Of a stretch of DNA of 64,000 bases, positions 27,269 through 37,239 are shown in pieces. Positions within the stretch are counted from its first letter, which is position 1. Every line of letters begins with the position of its first letter. Source of the stretch: Methanobacteriota archaeon. Lineage in GTDB: Archaea; Thermoplasmatota; Poseidoniia; Poseidoniales; Poseidoniaceae. The notes under the pieces were generated by a model that was not told where the DNA came from, ran no database searches, and saw nothing but the letters and a program-made list of their open reading frames with translations. The stretch is from NCBI GenBank assembly GCA_018659375.1, contig JABJMO010000063.1:1782-65781 (forward strand). Reading direction: 5' to 3'. A program made the translations under genes and the position numbers.

Positions 27269-28132
27269 TCATTTCAGCCGATCAATAAGCCAAGTTTTTA
27301 ATTCCGGTGCGTAGTCCAAATTACGCAGACCATAATCGATCTGGGCTTTAAGCCAACTTAGCGGGTTGCCTGAATCATACCATTGATATTCACTCAAGTC
27401 AACTGCAACGTATCCAATCGATTCCATCCAATACTTTTGCAACTCTATGGTTTGCATCTCACCATAATCACCTACACTAAACACATTGGTAAGCAGATCT
27501 AGTGAGTTCTCAGCAAAGATGTAACGTCCGCACAAGACTTTGTTTGAGGGAGCATCTTGCTGATTTGGTTTTTCAACGACTTTGATAATCCGATCATTGT
27601 CTAATCTAACTACCCCATAATTTACCACTTCTAATTCAGGTAGTGAATATATTCCAGCACAAGGTAAACTAAATTCTTCATAAGCCTTCACTAATTTTTT
27701 TGAAGCATCTGATGGCTTGAAATTGGTAATACTAGAAAAATCTCGCGTGATAATATTATCTCCTAAAAGAACCATAAATGGTCCGCTAATCACCGATAGA
27801 GATTGCATTAAAGCATGACCTAACCCCAGTGGTTCATTTTGAACGTGAATGTGAAATTCGAGGCCATTAAATGGCGAAAATAGTGCCTCGCTTATTTCTG
27901 GACGTAATTGTGAATAAAGGCCATTATTTTGAAAGAAGTTGTCAAAACTTTTCTTTGGGGAAGTGATTATATGAATTCTTGATGCTCCGGCATTCGCTGC
28001 TTCAAGTACTAAATGAATCAATGCTGGTACATCTACTAACGGCAATGCTTCTTTTGGTACATAAGCACTTGTTGGCAACATTCGACTCCCCAATCCACCC
28101 GCAACAATAACTGCATCTTTAACCACGCTCAT
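27269..28132 (-). CDS. UTP--glucose-1-phosphate uridylyltransferase-like nucleotidyltransferase
   Basis: Motifs VKDAVIVAGGLGSRMLPTSAYVPKEALPLVD, LLGDNII and VVEKPNQQDAPSNKVLCGRYIF are GalU-type. I prefer the ATG at 28132 (MSVVKDAVIVAGG); the track start at 28243 would overlap the divergent gene at 28184. Confidence 0.8.
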   Translation of the reverse strand: MSVVKDAVIVAGGLGSRMLPTSAYVPKEALPLVDVPALIHLVLEAANAGASRIHIITSPKKSFDNFFQNNGLYSQLRPEISEALFSPFNGLEFHIHVQNEPLGLGHALMQSLSVISGPFMVLLGDNIITRDFSSITNFKPSDASKKLVKAYEEFSLPCAGIYSLPELEVVNYGVVRLDNDRIIKVVEKPNQQDAPSNKVLCGRYIFAENSLDLLTNVFSVGDYGEMQTIELQKYWMESIGYVAVDLSEYQWYDSGNPLSWLKAQIDYGLRNLDYAPELKTWLIDRLK

Positions 28133-28183
28133 ATAGAAACCCAAAGGGTACAACCTTTCAAGCATAACCCAACATGCGTTGTC

Positions 28184-28603
28184 ATGGCGAATGACCCTGA
28201 GTGGCGGTGGTATACACTTGCTGGTTTGCTGATGGTGGTCCAAACACTGTTTGATTTCGCACCTGCTGGCCCGTGGAATGCTCCATCGTTCACTAGAGGT
28301 TTAGTCGGCCTTGTAGGATTATGCTGTATGTATCTGGGCTGGTTTCGATTTACCTTCAAGTCAAAAGGCATTATCCCTTCTATTAATCGATGGCAAAATC
28401 CGAAGGAGAGTTGGAAAAAAGTGCTCGTTTTTTCACTCTCCTGTTTTGTTATGGTTGGAATTCTACAACTAAATCAGTTTAGAGATTCTCTACCAGATAC
28501 TGCAGGGATGATTGTTATGTTAATTGGGAGTCTGAGTATGCTAAATTCGATCTACGTTGGTTTGGTAGTATCTGGACCACTAAATGAAGCAGAAGAAGAA
28601 TGA
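28184..28603 (+). CDS. Membrane protein (four predicted TM helices)
   Basis: A hydrophobic 139-aa ORF with a clean ATG. I recognise no family motif. Confidence 0.5.
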   Translation: MANDPEWRWYTLAGLLMVVQTLFDFAPAGPWNAPSFTRGLVGLVGLCCMYLGWFRFTFKSKGIIPSINRWQNPKESWKKVLVFSLSCFVMVGILQLNQFRDSLPDTAGMIVMLIGSLSMLNSIYVGLVVSGPLNEAEEE

Positions 28604-30091
28604 TTAATCTAGGAAACCTAATTCTTGATCAAGGGTTTCCAATGCATCATCAAGAGATGGTAAATTATCGGGGGCTTGTTTAGTACTGACATGTTGGGTC
28701 TTGGGCTCAAAAAGAGGAATCTCACCATCACCAGATAACCAATCAAGCCATATTTCTGATGAGTGCTCTTTTCTTGCATTCATCAGTTGCCATAGCGGGT
28801 TTAAATCACAATTTTCAGCAGACAAATCAGTGATCCTAGCGGCAAATTTATCGGGAGATATATCAACCATTTTGACAAGTAACTCTCGCATCCTTGACCG
28901 TACAACTTCGTCGCCATCCTGCCATAACAGCGGGAGTAGTTTTCTGCTGTCATCAGGAAATGTCTCAAAATAATCTCTTAGTGAAGGCACTATATTTCTC
29001 CTAACAACTGGCAGTTCATGCTTACTTAATTCCAATAGATTTTCGGCCCACAAATCAACATCGAGAAATCTTAAATCTGCAGATGTGTTACTAACTGCAG
29101 CCAAAACATCGGGGTCTTTGTCCGCTTTTAGTTGATTGTAAAAAGGTAAAGCGTCAACTGTTAATCTCCTAAATAATCTAGTTAAAACATCGGCCATTGA
29201 TCTTCTGACCATTAAATCGTCTCTTGCCATTAATAATTTAGCCAATTCGAGGCCTTTATCGTTATCATAATCAGTTATCCTTGCTAAACATCGAGAAACC
29301 TGTACTGCTACTTGTTCATCTTCATCATTAGCTCTTCTACCCAAAATTTCGAGTAATTGTAAGGGTTCGATTAATTCGGGCCTTTCAAGCAATAATCTTA
29401 TCCATTCAATCAATAATCTTCTACGGTCGACATTGGAGGTTTCTAGTTCATTTAGCATCCATCTCGCTGCTTCGATACCTGTTTTGTGGGCCATAACTCC
29501 AGTAATACGTGGAACTACTGCTTGTGGGTTCCAGTCAATATTTTGAGGTCCTGCTTCAGGTTGGGTGTGCCAAGATCCTGGACGCTCCCCAATTGCTATC
29601 GACTCCAACATATGATATCCTTGATGTATCGGTTGGCCCAATGGTCCGATTGATAAGCCATTTAGTAAGGCAATACTGAGCCACCATCGTGTTGTGTCTG
29701 GAGCAGAGGGGTCCAGTGCTTGAGCTAACCAGTCATTATTAATTAGAAAAATTAGTCTCTCTGCAACCATATTACTGCGTTTAGCCAACCATTTTTGATG
29801 AGTTTTATACGGGTCGTCAGTTAAGTTCATTCTATGTGGTACTACCAACTCTACAACAGTGTTTAATTTGTGTTGAAACATTCCATGGTCCATGTTCAAC
29901 AACGCTAGTCCTTGTTCGATTAACTCTTGAGGGGAGTGCGGATGAACTGGAGGAAAGTCGGAGTCAATTAATGGGGGCTTGGGAAGTGGCCATGACTTTG
30001 TTCCTAGCTCCATGGCCTCAACAAGTAACGTTGCTACTTTTTCAAACACAACCTGAGATAACTCAGATCGACTTTTAGTCATTAATATCAA
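28604..30091 (-). CDS. HEAT/armadillo-like repeat protein
   Basis: The C-terminal half has repeated helical units with D.D..VR. signatures (DEDEQVAVQVSRCLARI, RDDLMVRRSMADVL, DKDPDVLAAV, HELPVVRRNIVPSL, DGDEVVRSRMRELL). Confidence 0.55.
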   Translation of the reverse strand: MILMTKSRSELSQVVFEKVATLLVEAMELGTKSWPLPKPPLIDSDFPPVHPHSPQELIEQGLALLNMDHGMFQHKLNTVVELVVPHRMNLTDDPYKTHQKWLAKRSNMVAERLIFLINNDWLAQALDPSAPDTTRWWLSIALLNGLSIGPLGQPIHQGYHMLESIAIGERPGSWHTQPEAGPQNIDWNPQAVVPRITGVMAHKTGIEAARWMLNELETSNVDRRRLLIEWIRLLLERPELIEPLQLLEILGRRANDEDEQVAVQVSRCLARITDYDNDKGLELAKLLMARDDLMVRRSMADVLTRLFRRLTVDALPFYNQLKADKDPDVLAAVSNTSADLRFLDVDLWAENLLELSKHELPVVRRNIVPSLRDYFETFPDDSRKLLPLLWQDGDEVVRSRMRELLVKMVDISPDKFAARITDLSAENCDLNPLWQLMNARKEHSSEIWLDWLSGDGEIPLFEPKTQHVSTKQAPDNLPSLDDALETLDQELGFLD

Positions 30092-30105
30092 CCTATTTTG
30101 GCGAA

Positions 30106-31032
30106 TCAGATGTCAAGTTCGATATTCAGATTTTGGATTAATTCCTTGTATCTGTTACGAATTGTTACTTCGGTTACTCCAGCAACTTCAGCAACTTCAC
30201 GTTGAGTTCTTCTCTTGCCACACAAAACTGAAGCGATGTAGATAATCGATGCAGCAATACCAGTTGGTCCTCGCCCGCTGGTAAGTTCCTTTTCTTGGGC
30301 AGCTTTGATCAATTCGTAGGCTTTTGCTTCAACTTCAGCATCCAGTCCAAGACCTGAACAAAATCTCGAAATATAATCTTCCGGGCCTGTAGGCATAATC
30401 TTCATTTTTAGTTCTCTTACCATGAATCTGTAGGTTCGGCCGATTTCTTTTCGACCAGTTCTAGACGCTTGTCCAATCTCGTCGAGGGTTCTTGGAACTC
30501 CGCATTGCCTGCATGCTGCATACAATGATGCTGCTGCTACACCTTCAATAGAGCGACCTCTAATCAATCGCTTATCGACTGCTTTCTTGTAATTTACAGC
30601 GGCTGCTTCTCTGACAGACTTTGGTAATTCTAGTCGGCTAGCCATTCTGTCAAGTTCTGCTAGAGCCATTGCCAGATTTCTTTCAGTCGCATTGGATACT
30701 CGGCTTCTTTTCTGCCACTTTCGCATTCGATAAAACTGAGAGCGATATCTTGAGTTAATCGTTTTTCCAGAATAATCCTTGTTTTGCCAATCAATGTCTG
30801 TAGAGAGACCTTTGTCGTGTAGCATAACTGTCATTGGTGCACCAGTTCTTGCTCTTTGGTCGCCTTGTTCAGGAGAGAAGACTCTCCATTCAGCACCTTG
30901 GTCAATCACATTATCTTCTAGAACTAATCCACAATCCTCGCAGACTACTTCTCCTCTAGTCTCGTCACGGGTCAAACTTCTACTTCCACAATCGCTGCAT
31001 TTTACAATATCTTCAACTTGTTGTTCATCCAT
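30106..31032 (-). CDS. tfb: Transcription initiation factor IIB (TFB)
   Basis: N-terminal Zn ribbon CSDCGSRSL...VCEDCG, a B-finger/linker, and two cyclin repeats ([29 protein letters not shown] and [46 protein letters not shown]). Confidence 0.95.
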   Translation of the reverse strand: MDEQQVEDIVKCSDCGSRSLTRDETRGEVVCEDCGLVLEDNVIDQGAEWRVFSPEQGDQRARTGAPMTVMLHDKGLSTDIDWQNKDYSGKTINSRYRSQFYRMRKWQKRSRVSNATERNLAMALAELDRMASRLELPKSVREAAAVNYKKAVDKRLIRGRSIEGVAAASLYAACRQCGVPRTLDEIGQASRTGRKEIGRTYRFMVRELKMKIMPTGPEDYISRFCSGLGLDAEVEAKAYELIKAAQEKELTSGRGPTGIAASIIYIASVLCGKRRTQREVAEVAGVTEVTIRNRYKELIQNLNIELDI

Positions 31033-31235
31033 TTTGCATACCTCCCCTATAATAAAATTAGGGCAATACTCATAACCCCTATCGCAAGGTTATATGAAAC
31101 TTATGTTGTAATATTCGTAACCGGTTTTGCCACGGCTCGCTTGAAATTTGTAAAATATACCCCTTCCGTCATATACTTTTTCACAAATTTAGACGAACGA
31201 TTATACCAACAAGTCCCTTGCCCGAAACGATTGCA

Positions 31236-33224
31236 ATGGTTGTCGCGGAGTTACACAGACCAATTGCACTCACGCCGGGGAAACGGATTTTGTTTCTCAC
31301 CAAGGATATGGAACTGATAAAGCAACAACTTTACCATGGCTTAAATTTGCAGATGAAGGACATCAACCCCAAGGATTTACTTGACGACATTAACACTGAC
31401 GTAATGACTCCTGCTTGGGTTTGTTTTGATCACGATCCTGCCGAAATAGCCAAAAACGCCTATGCTGGATTAAAACACAATGGTCTACGTGTATTCAATG
31501 AGAATGCACTGATTAACGGAAACTTTGAGGTAATAGTATCTGGTCAAAGAAAGGGCACTGGCTCTAGTAGGGAAACTGCAGCACAGTGTGAGCGTTGGGC
31601 GGGCATAAGAATAGTAATAGCTGCATCATTTGCTCCAATACACGAAAGAAATAATATCAATCTTGGCCAATTAATGGGCGATTACAACATGCTAGAACGC
31701 CTTCAAGACGGAGATGCACTACCCCTTGCCAAATTCACTGAAAAATATGACGTGGTCACAAGAATAATTATCGAAAAAGGCGGGCTATTTCCGTTCGCAA
31801 AATCTCTAAAAAATAATGAAATCCAGCTTCCTGAAATGGATACAGAAGATAGGCCTATGACTATGGCTGAGAAAATAATTGCTCGTAACCTAGTTGGCCA
31901 AAAGCCCAACCAATGCGTCAAACCAGATGATCCGGTGATTACTCAAGTACAAAGTGGATATTCACACGAGTTCACCACTGCTCAAGTTCATACATTCCTT
32001 GCCCAAGAATATGGTGACGAGTATTCCTTGCCAAACCCTACCAAATTTGCGGTCTTTGAAGACCATTTGCTGTATGCACATCACAATCCCAAATTTGTAC
32101 CCTTTATGCATAAGGTACAAACCTTGCGAGACTTACAGAAAGCCTTCCAAAGCCATACTGGAGTTAGAGATTATTCGGCAGTCGATGGAGTTTCACCGGG
32201 TATTTGTCATCAAGTGGCGCGTGAAGAATTTATTGAAGTAGGGGATTTTGTTCAAGCAACTGATTCTCACACGTGTATGGGGGGAGCGTCTAATGCGCTA
32301 ACATGGGGTGTTGGGGCTACAGAGTACTCTAATTTGATTAGTTCCGGATTTACTTTCGTAAAAGTTCCAGAGTCAATAAGGTTTGAATTATCTGGAATAC
32401 TTAATCCCGGTTGTACAGCAAAGGATGTGATTCTTTACATCCTTGCTGACCATGCAAGAGAGGAGTTGACCTTGAACCGATCAATGGAATTTGGCGGCCC
32501 TGGACTGTCAAGCCTTTCCATTGATGAACGGGCAACGTTATGCAACATGGCAACTGAATGTTCGGCAAGAACTGGAATCTGCGAACCTGATGAAAAATTG
32601 TATGATTGGATGAAGCGCTCAATGCCACATCTTGAACTTCAGCAAATGAGGAAAAACGCAGTTAATCCTGACCAAGGAGCAGAATATACCGGCGGTGTCC
32701 ACCATATTGACTTGTCCAAAATAGAGCCAATGGTAGCACATCCAGGCAATCCTGACAAAGGTGTGCCTAGTGATCCAACCAACGGTGCATTAATTTCTGA
32801 AATTGGTGAAGTCAAGGTTGACATCGCTTACGGCGGTTCATGTACTGCGGGTAAAGAGGATGATATTGCGTACTATGCGCTAGTCTGTCAGGCCGCTGAT
32901 GATTTGGGACTTAGTGTCGCTGACGGAGTTGAATTTTTCATTCAATATGGTTCTGGTTTGGTCAAGGATTTAGCGGTTAGAAAAGGATGGCATGAGTTAT
33001 TTGAAAAAGTTGGAGTCCAGTTAATAGATCCAGGTTGCGGCGCATGTATTGGTGCTGGACCTGGTGTGTCAATAAATTCTGAACAAGTTACTGTATCGGC
33101 TATCAACCGTAACTTTCAAGGTCGCTCTGGCCCAGGTAAATTGTATTTAGCAAGCCCGTTGACAGTTGCTACATCTGCTTTTACGGGCAGAATTACCTCT
33201 TGGACAAGTAACTTGTTTGACTGA
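31236..33224 (+). CDS. Aconitase-family hydro-lyase with the swivel (LeuD-like) domain at the N-terminus
   Basis: The N-terminal part has DDINTDVMTPAW and GTGSSRETAAQCERWAGIRIVIAASFAPIHERNNINLGQL, the LeuD/domain-4 signature. Downstream are ATDSHTCMGG, GGSCTAGK and DPGCGACIGAGPG, the three Fe-S cysteines of domains 1-3. I prefer the ATG at 31236 over the TTG at 31218. Confidence 0.8.
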   Translation: MVVAELHRPIALTPGKRILFLTKDMELIKQQLYHGLNLQMKDINPKDLLDDINTDVMTPAWVCFDHDPAEIAKNAYAGLKHNGLRVFNENALINGNFEVIVSGQRKGTGSSRETAAQCERWAGIRIVIAASFAPIHERNNINLGQLMGDYNMLERLQDGDALPLAKFTEKYDVVTRIIIEKGGLFPFAKSLKNNEIQLPEMDTEDRPMTMAEKIIARNLVGQKPNQCVKPDDPVITQVQSGYSHEFTTAQVHTFLAQEYGDEYSLPNPTKFAVFEDHLLYAHHNPKFVPFMHKVQTLRDLQKAFQSHTGVRDYSAVDGVSPGICHQVAREEFIEVGDFVQATDSHTCMGGASNALTWGVGATEYSNLISSGFTFVKVPESIRFELSGILNPGCTAKDVILYILADHAREELTLNRSMEFGGPGLSSLSIDERATLCNMATECSARTGICEPDEKLYDWMKRSMPHLELQQMRKNAVNPDQGAEYTGGVHHIDLSKIEPMVAHPGNPDKGVPSDPTNGALISEIGEVKVDIAYGGSCTAGKEDDIAYYALVCQAADDLGLSVADGVEFFIQYGSGLVKDLAVRKGWHELFEKVGVQLIDPGCGACIGAGPGVSINSEQVTVSAINRNFQGRSGPGKLYLASPLTVATSAFTGRITSWTSNLFD

Positions 33225-33229
33225 TAAGT

Positions 33230-33928
33230 ATGAAAAAAAGTACTAGCCTTATTGCTGCGTTAATCGTAATTACCGGCATCGCTATTACGATTTCTTTAAC
33301 TCAGGTTTTAATTTCCTTATTTATTGATTACCTTACATGGTTTTCCAGTAATGCATTGTATGGTATGATAATTTTTATTCTGCTTTACGTAGTTTTTGGC
33401 ATAATTGCCTTGCCGGCGAGTTTTCATAAATATCTTGCAGGAGTAATCTATGGCTTTGGACCAGGTATATTGATCGCCTATATCGGCTCGATGTTAGGGG
33501 CAATTGCCCCGTTTTTACTTGGCAAGAAATGGATGAACCCCTATGCTAGAAAAGCACTTAGTAAATATCCCACTTTGGATGGATTAGAACAAGAAATCGT
33601 TGACAAAGGCACCAATGTGGTTGCTCTTACTCGAATTAATTTGGTTATCCCATATGGAGTATTAAACTACGCATATGGCGCTACAGAAGTAAAATTTAGA
33701 GATTATCTAATAGGTAATTTGGCAATGATTGTTCCATCCATAATGTATGCTTGGTGGGGTTCTCAAACAGTTATCACCAGTAATGGTATTGAAACAACTG
33801 CAAAAACCCCATTTGATATGCTGCTCGTTGTACTATCCATTATTATAACTATTATTATGATTATCAAAGGTAAACAAATCATGGATAACTTGGAACGTCA
33901 ACAAACTAAAGGCCCAGTAATTGAGTGA
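33230..33928 (+). CDS. TVP38/TMEM64 (DedA-superfamily) membrane protein
   Basis: It is multi-pass hydrophobic. The segment YLAGVIYGFGPGILIAYIGSMLGAIAPFLLGK is characteristic of TVP38/DedA proteins. Confidence 0.75.
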   Translation: MKKSTSLIAALIVITGIAITISLTQVLISLFIDYLTWFSSNALYGMIIFILLYVVFGIIALPASFHKYLAGVIYGFGPGILIAYIGSMLGAIAPFLLGKKWMNPYARKALSKYPTLDGLEQEIVDKGTNVVALTRINLVIPYGVLNYAYGATEVKFRDYLIGNLAMIVPSIMYAWWGSQTVITSNGIETTAKTPFDMLLVVLSIIITIIMIIKGKQIMDNLERQQTKGPVIE

Positions 33929-34036
33929 TTTACGGCGATTTTAGTGTTAGTTATTATGTACCGTCGGTAATCGAATTATCGTGTTGCTGGCCCGAGGTCA
34001 TTCGGACTGAGGAGGACCAGAAACGGAGTGACAAAG

Positions 34037-36124
34037 ATGTCAGGCATAGCACAAAAACTCGCGGCGAATCAAAAACAAGTAGCAATTTCAGAATTTTTTG
34101 AGAAGAATAAACACTTCCTTGGATTTGACTCATTATCAAGATCCCTAATTACTGCCGTAAAAGAAGCAGTAGACAATGCTCTTGACGCCTGTGAAGAAGC
34201 TCGTATTTTACCAACTATCAACGTACAAGTTACCAAGATTGACGCGAAAAAAGACATAATTGAATTAACAGTCGAAGATAATGGACCTGGGATTCCACAG
34301 AAAAGCATTGAAAAAGTGTTTGGGCAACTGTTGTTTGGTTCTAGATTCCATGCGATTAGACAATCGCGTGGGCAACAAGGAATTGGAATTACTGGGGTTG
34401 TAATGTACAGCCAACTAACAACCGGAAAACCTACCCATGTCAAATCAAAAATTGCTACAGAGGCTACTGCAGCAGTTGTGGATATCGGACTTGATACAAG
34501 AAAAAATAAAGCTACTAAGAGTAATTCAGGCCGTGAAATCTGGGAAGAAGAAAATGGAGAAATAAAAAAGCATGGCTTAGAAGTAACCTGTCGAATGAAA
34601 GCTAAGTATCAGAAAGGTAGGCAGAGTGTATGGCAATACCTGCGCATGACTAGTATTGTCAACCCACACGCTGAAATCACATTTACTGACCCAGAAGGCG
34701 AAATCCATTTTTGGCCACGAGTAACTGAGAGACTACCAAGAAAAGTTGAATCTATTAAGCCCCATCCGCATGGAATTTTACTCGGACAATTACAAAGAAT
34801 GCTAAGTGAGTCGAAAGACTCCAGAATGTCGGTATTTTTGCGTATGAATTTCTCTGGGGTGTCGGGAAGGGCTGCCAAGGAATTGTGTGCAGCGGCAGAA
34901 ATTGAATTTAATCTCAAACCTAAATCGATGAAACCAGAGCAGATGCGAGCACTTTTAGAAGCTTTTCAAGGTGAAAAAATGTTCAATGGGAAGCCGGTGA
35001 AATTACTTAATCCGCCAACTAACTGCCTCTCACCAATTGAGGAAATGCTCATCAAAAAAGGTCTCTCAAAAACTATTGATTCAAGATATGCTACAACTAT
35101 GACTAGAGTGCCAAACGTCTCTCTAGGCAACCCATACCAAGTGGAAGTTGGGCTTATTTTTGGTGGCAATATGGCAGCAGATAAACCGGTTGAAGTGTTA
35201 CGTTTTGCTAATAGAGTTCCATTAATGTATCAACAAGGTGGATGTTTACTCACTAAAGCGATTGAAAGTGTTGATTGGCGGCAATATGGGCTGGATCAAC
35301 CTGGAGCAAAAGGAGTTCCAAAGGGTCCAGCAGCAATATTGGTTCACTTAGCGAGTACGAATGTTCAATTTACTTCAGAAGCAAAAGAAGCACTTGCTGA
35401 GAATGGTGAAGTGATCGAAGAGGTTAGAAAAGCCATGCTAGAAATGGGCCGGGGTCTAAGAAAGCATCTAGAGAAAAAGAAAAAGATGGCAAAGACCAAA
35501 GAGAAATTCGAACTAATAAATGATATATTGCCCGCCATCGCTAAAAAATCTGCAGAGATTTTAGCGAGACCTATACCAAATTTATCTGGTTCAATCACCA
35601 AAATTATGTCTGCTGTAATATCTGAAAGTGAAACTGAATGGAATAAAGCAACCAAAATGACGGATGTATCTATCAAAATTTACAATTATACTGCTCGAGC
35701 AAGGGCTTACACAATATTAGCAACTTGGCCAGAGAAATCTGGTGGGATAATTAAAAATAATGCCTTTGGCGGAAGAAAAGAAGCCACTGGTGTTTGGGCA
35801 TGGAAACTAGAAACTCTCCAGCCGGGAGAAAACCTAACTATTACTTTCAGCCTAGATGGGCTTGAAAAAGGTGATTGGACAGAAACTGATGTGTTTTATC
35901 GCGGTAGTCAAGAAATCATTGGCGCTTTGAAGATGGATGAAAAATACCTGGATGAAATCCGTAACCAAGAAAAAATTATGCAAGAGCTTGTGGCTAAATC
36001 AGAATCTCATTACACCGAGTCATCCCCAAACGAAGAAACTACGCAAAATGAGGAAGAACCACAGCCAGAGCCTGCCGTTAAACCGCCGACTGGGCAAGCT
36101 ACGTTATTTGGAGGTGAACTCTGA
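34037..36124 (+). CDS. top6B: DNA topoisomerase VI subunit B
   Basis: Bergerat-fold motifs are EAVDNALDACEE, VEDNGPGIP and SRGQQGIGITG. The long C-terminal extension ends in an acidic tail. I prefer the ATG at 34037 over the GTG at 34028. Confidence 0.9.
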   Translation: MSGIAQKLAANQKQVAISEFFEKNKHFLGFDSLSRSLITAVKEAVDNALDACEEARILPTINVQVTKIDAKKDIIELTVEDNGPGIPQKSIEKVFGQLLFGSRFHAIRQSRGQQGIGITGVVMYSQLTTGKPTHVKSKIATEATAAVVDIGLDTRKNKATKSNSGREIWEEENGEIKKHGLEVTCRMKAKYQKGRQSVWQYLRMTSIVNPHAEITFTDPEGEIHFWPRVTERLPRKVESIKPHPHGILLGQLQRMLSESKDSRMSVFLRMNFSGVSGRAAKELCAAAEIEFNLKPKSMKPEQMRALLEAFQGEKMFNGKPVKLLNPPTNCLSPIEEMLIKKGLSKTIDSRYATTMTRVPNVSLGNPYQVEVGLIFGGNMAADKPVEVLRFANRVPLMYQQGGCLLTKAIESVDWRQYGLDQPGAKGVPKGPAAILVHLASTNVQFTSEAKEALAENGEVIEEVRKAMLEMGRGLRKHLEKKKKMAKTKEKFELINDILPAIAKKSAEILARPIPNLSGSITKIMSAVISESETEWNKATKMTDVSIKIYNYTARARAYTILATWPEKSGGIIKNNAFGGRKEATGVWAWKLETLQPGENLTITFSLDGLEKGDWTETDVFYRGSQEIIGALKMDEKYLDEIRNQEKIMQELVAKSESHYTESSPNEETTQNEEEPQPEPAVKPPTGQATLFGGEL

Positions 36125-37224
36125 TGGCACAAAAACGCATGTCGGCAGAAGACACAAAGGTAGCCATGCATTCAGTAGTTGGTGAAATGTATGATAAAAT
36201 AGTCAACGGTGAACCTCCAACGATGACTTTACCTGTTAGAACAAAGACCAACATAGGGTTTGACAAGAAATTAGGCGTCTATAAATATGGCAAGAAGCGC
36301 TCAACTCGCGACGCAACAAGTTTGGGTTCGGCAAAGCAACTACTCCGGGCGTTACACGTGATTGAATTTATTGAAGAAATGATAAATTCTGGTAAATCTT
36401 CGACGTTAAGAGAAATGTACTACATCTCCGAAAGTTGGGGATTGGGTAAGTTCGGTAGCCAAAATGAATCAAATAATCTTGCTGAAGATTTAGAAATTGT
36501 CACTAAGTGTCTGCGAGAAGATTTCAAATTACGTCCTGAAGAAGATGGGGCTAGAATGATTGGTAATCTCACATTGCAAGAGAGAAACAGGCGTGGAGAA
36601 TGGATGAGAATCAATGCGCGAGATGATGTTGGTGATTCTGGCTATGGTGTGCCATATAATGTTGAAAAAGAGAAAATCGAATTATTAGAACATGATATCA
36701 ATTTCATCATGGCAATTGAAACAGGTGGTATGTTTGATAGATTAGTCGAAAATGGATTTGATGAAGATTACAAATGTGGTCTACTGCATCTAAAGGGGCA
36801 ACCAGCAAGATCTACAAGACGAATAATCAAGCGGATGAGCGAAGAATGGGACTTGCCAGTTGTTGTATTCCTTGACGGGGACCCGTGGTCGTTCAGAATA
36901 TTTGCCTCAATAGCGTACGGTGCAATTAAAACTGCGCATATTTCGGAATATCTAGCAACTCCATCTGCGACGTACTTAGGGATCACTGCAGATGATATCA
37001 TGGCTTACGAGTTACCGAGTGACGACCTTTCAAAGAAAGACATCGAGGCGTTAAATGCGGAACTCACGGACCCTCGGTTTGCTGATTCATGGTGGCAAGA
37101 ACAAATTAACATGATGCTAGAATTGGGTAAAAAAGCTGAGCAGCAATCGTTGGCCAAATATGGTCTTGATTTCGTAACAGATACCTATTTACCTGAAAAA
37201 TTAGCGGAATTAGGTCTTGCTTGA
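36124..37224 (+). CDS. top6A: DNA topoisomerase VI subunit A (Spo11 family)
   Basis: The catalytic Tyr context is [10 protein letters not shown]. Toprim motifs are [12 protein letters not shown] and [11 protein letters not shown]. The start overlaps the top6B stop by 1 nt. Confidence 0.92.
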   Translation: MAQKRMSAEDTKVAMHSVVGEMYDKIVNGEPPTMTLPVRTKTNIGFDKKLGVYKYGKKRSTRDATSLGSAKQLLRALHVIEFIEEMINSGKSSTLREMYYISESWGLGKFGSQNESNNLAEDLEIVTKCLREDFKLRPEEDGARMIGNLTLQERNRRGEWMRINARDDVGDSGYGVPYNVEKEKIELLEHDINFIMAIETGGMFDRLVENGFDEDYKCGLLHLKGQPARSTRRIIKRMSEEWDLPVVVFLDGDPWSFRIFASIAYGAIKTAHISEYLATPSATYLGITADDIMAYELPSDDLSKKDIEALNAELTDPRFADSWWQEQINMMLELGKKAEQQSLAKYGLDFVTDTYLPEKLAELGLA

Positions 37225-37239
37225 TTTGTACAAGCATTG

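Noticed and set aside
28133-28243. An N-terminal extension of the GalU-like gene to 28243.
   Set aside because: The extension precedes the conserved nucleotide-binding N-terminus (MSVVKDAVIVAGG). It would also overlap the divergent membrane-protein gene starting at 28184.
33929-34036. The 108-bp region upstream of top6B, considered as a possible ncRNA or riboswitch (GC-rich segment gctggcccgaggtcattcggactgaggaggaccag).
   Set aside because: I could draw no convincing extended secondary structure or known motif. It contains a GGAGG Shine-Dalgarno-like box and is most simply a 5' leader/promoter region. The track ORF 33954..34139 (-) looks spurious.
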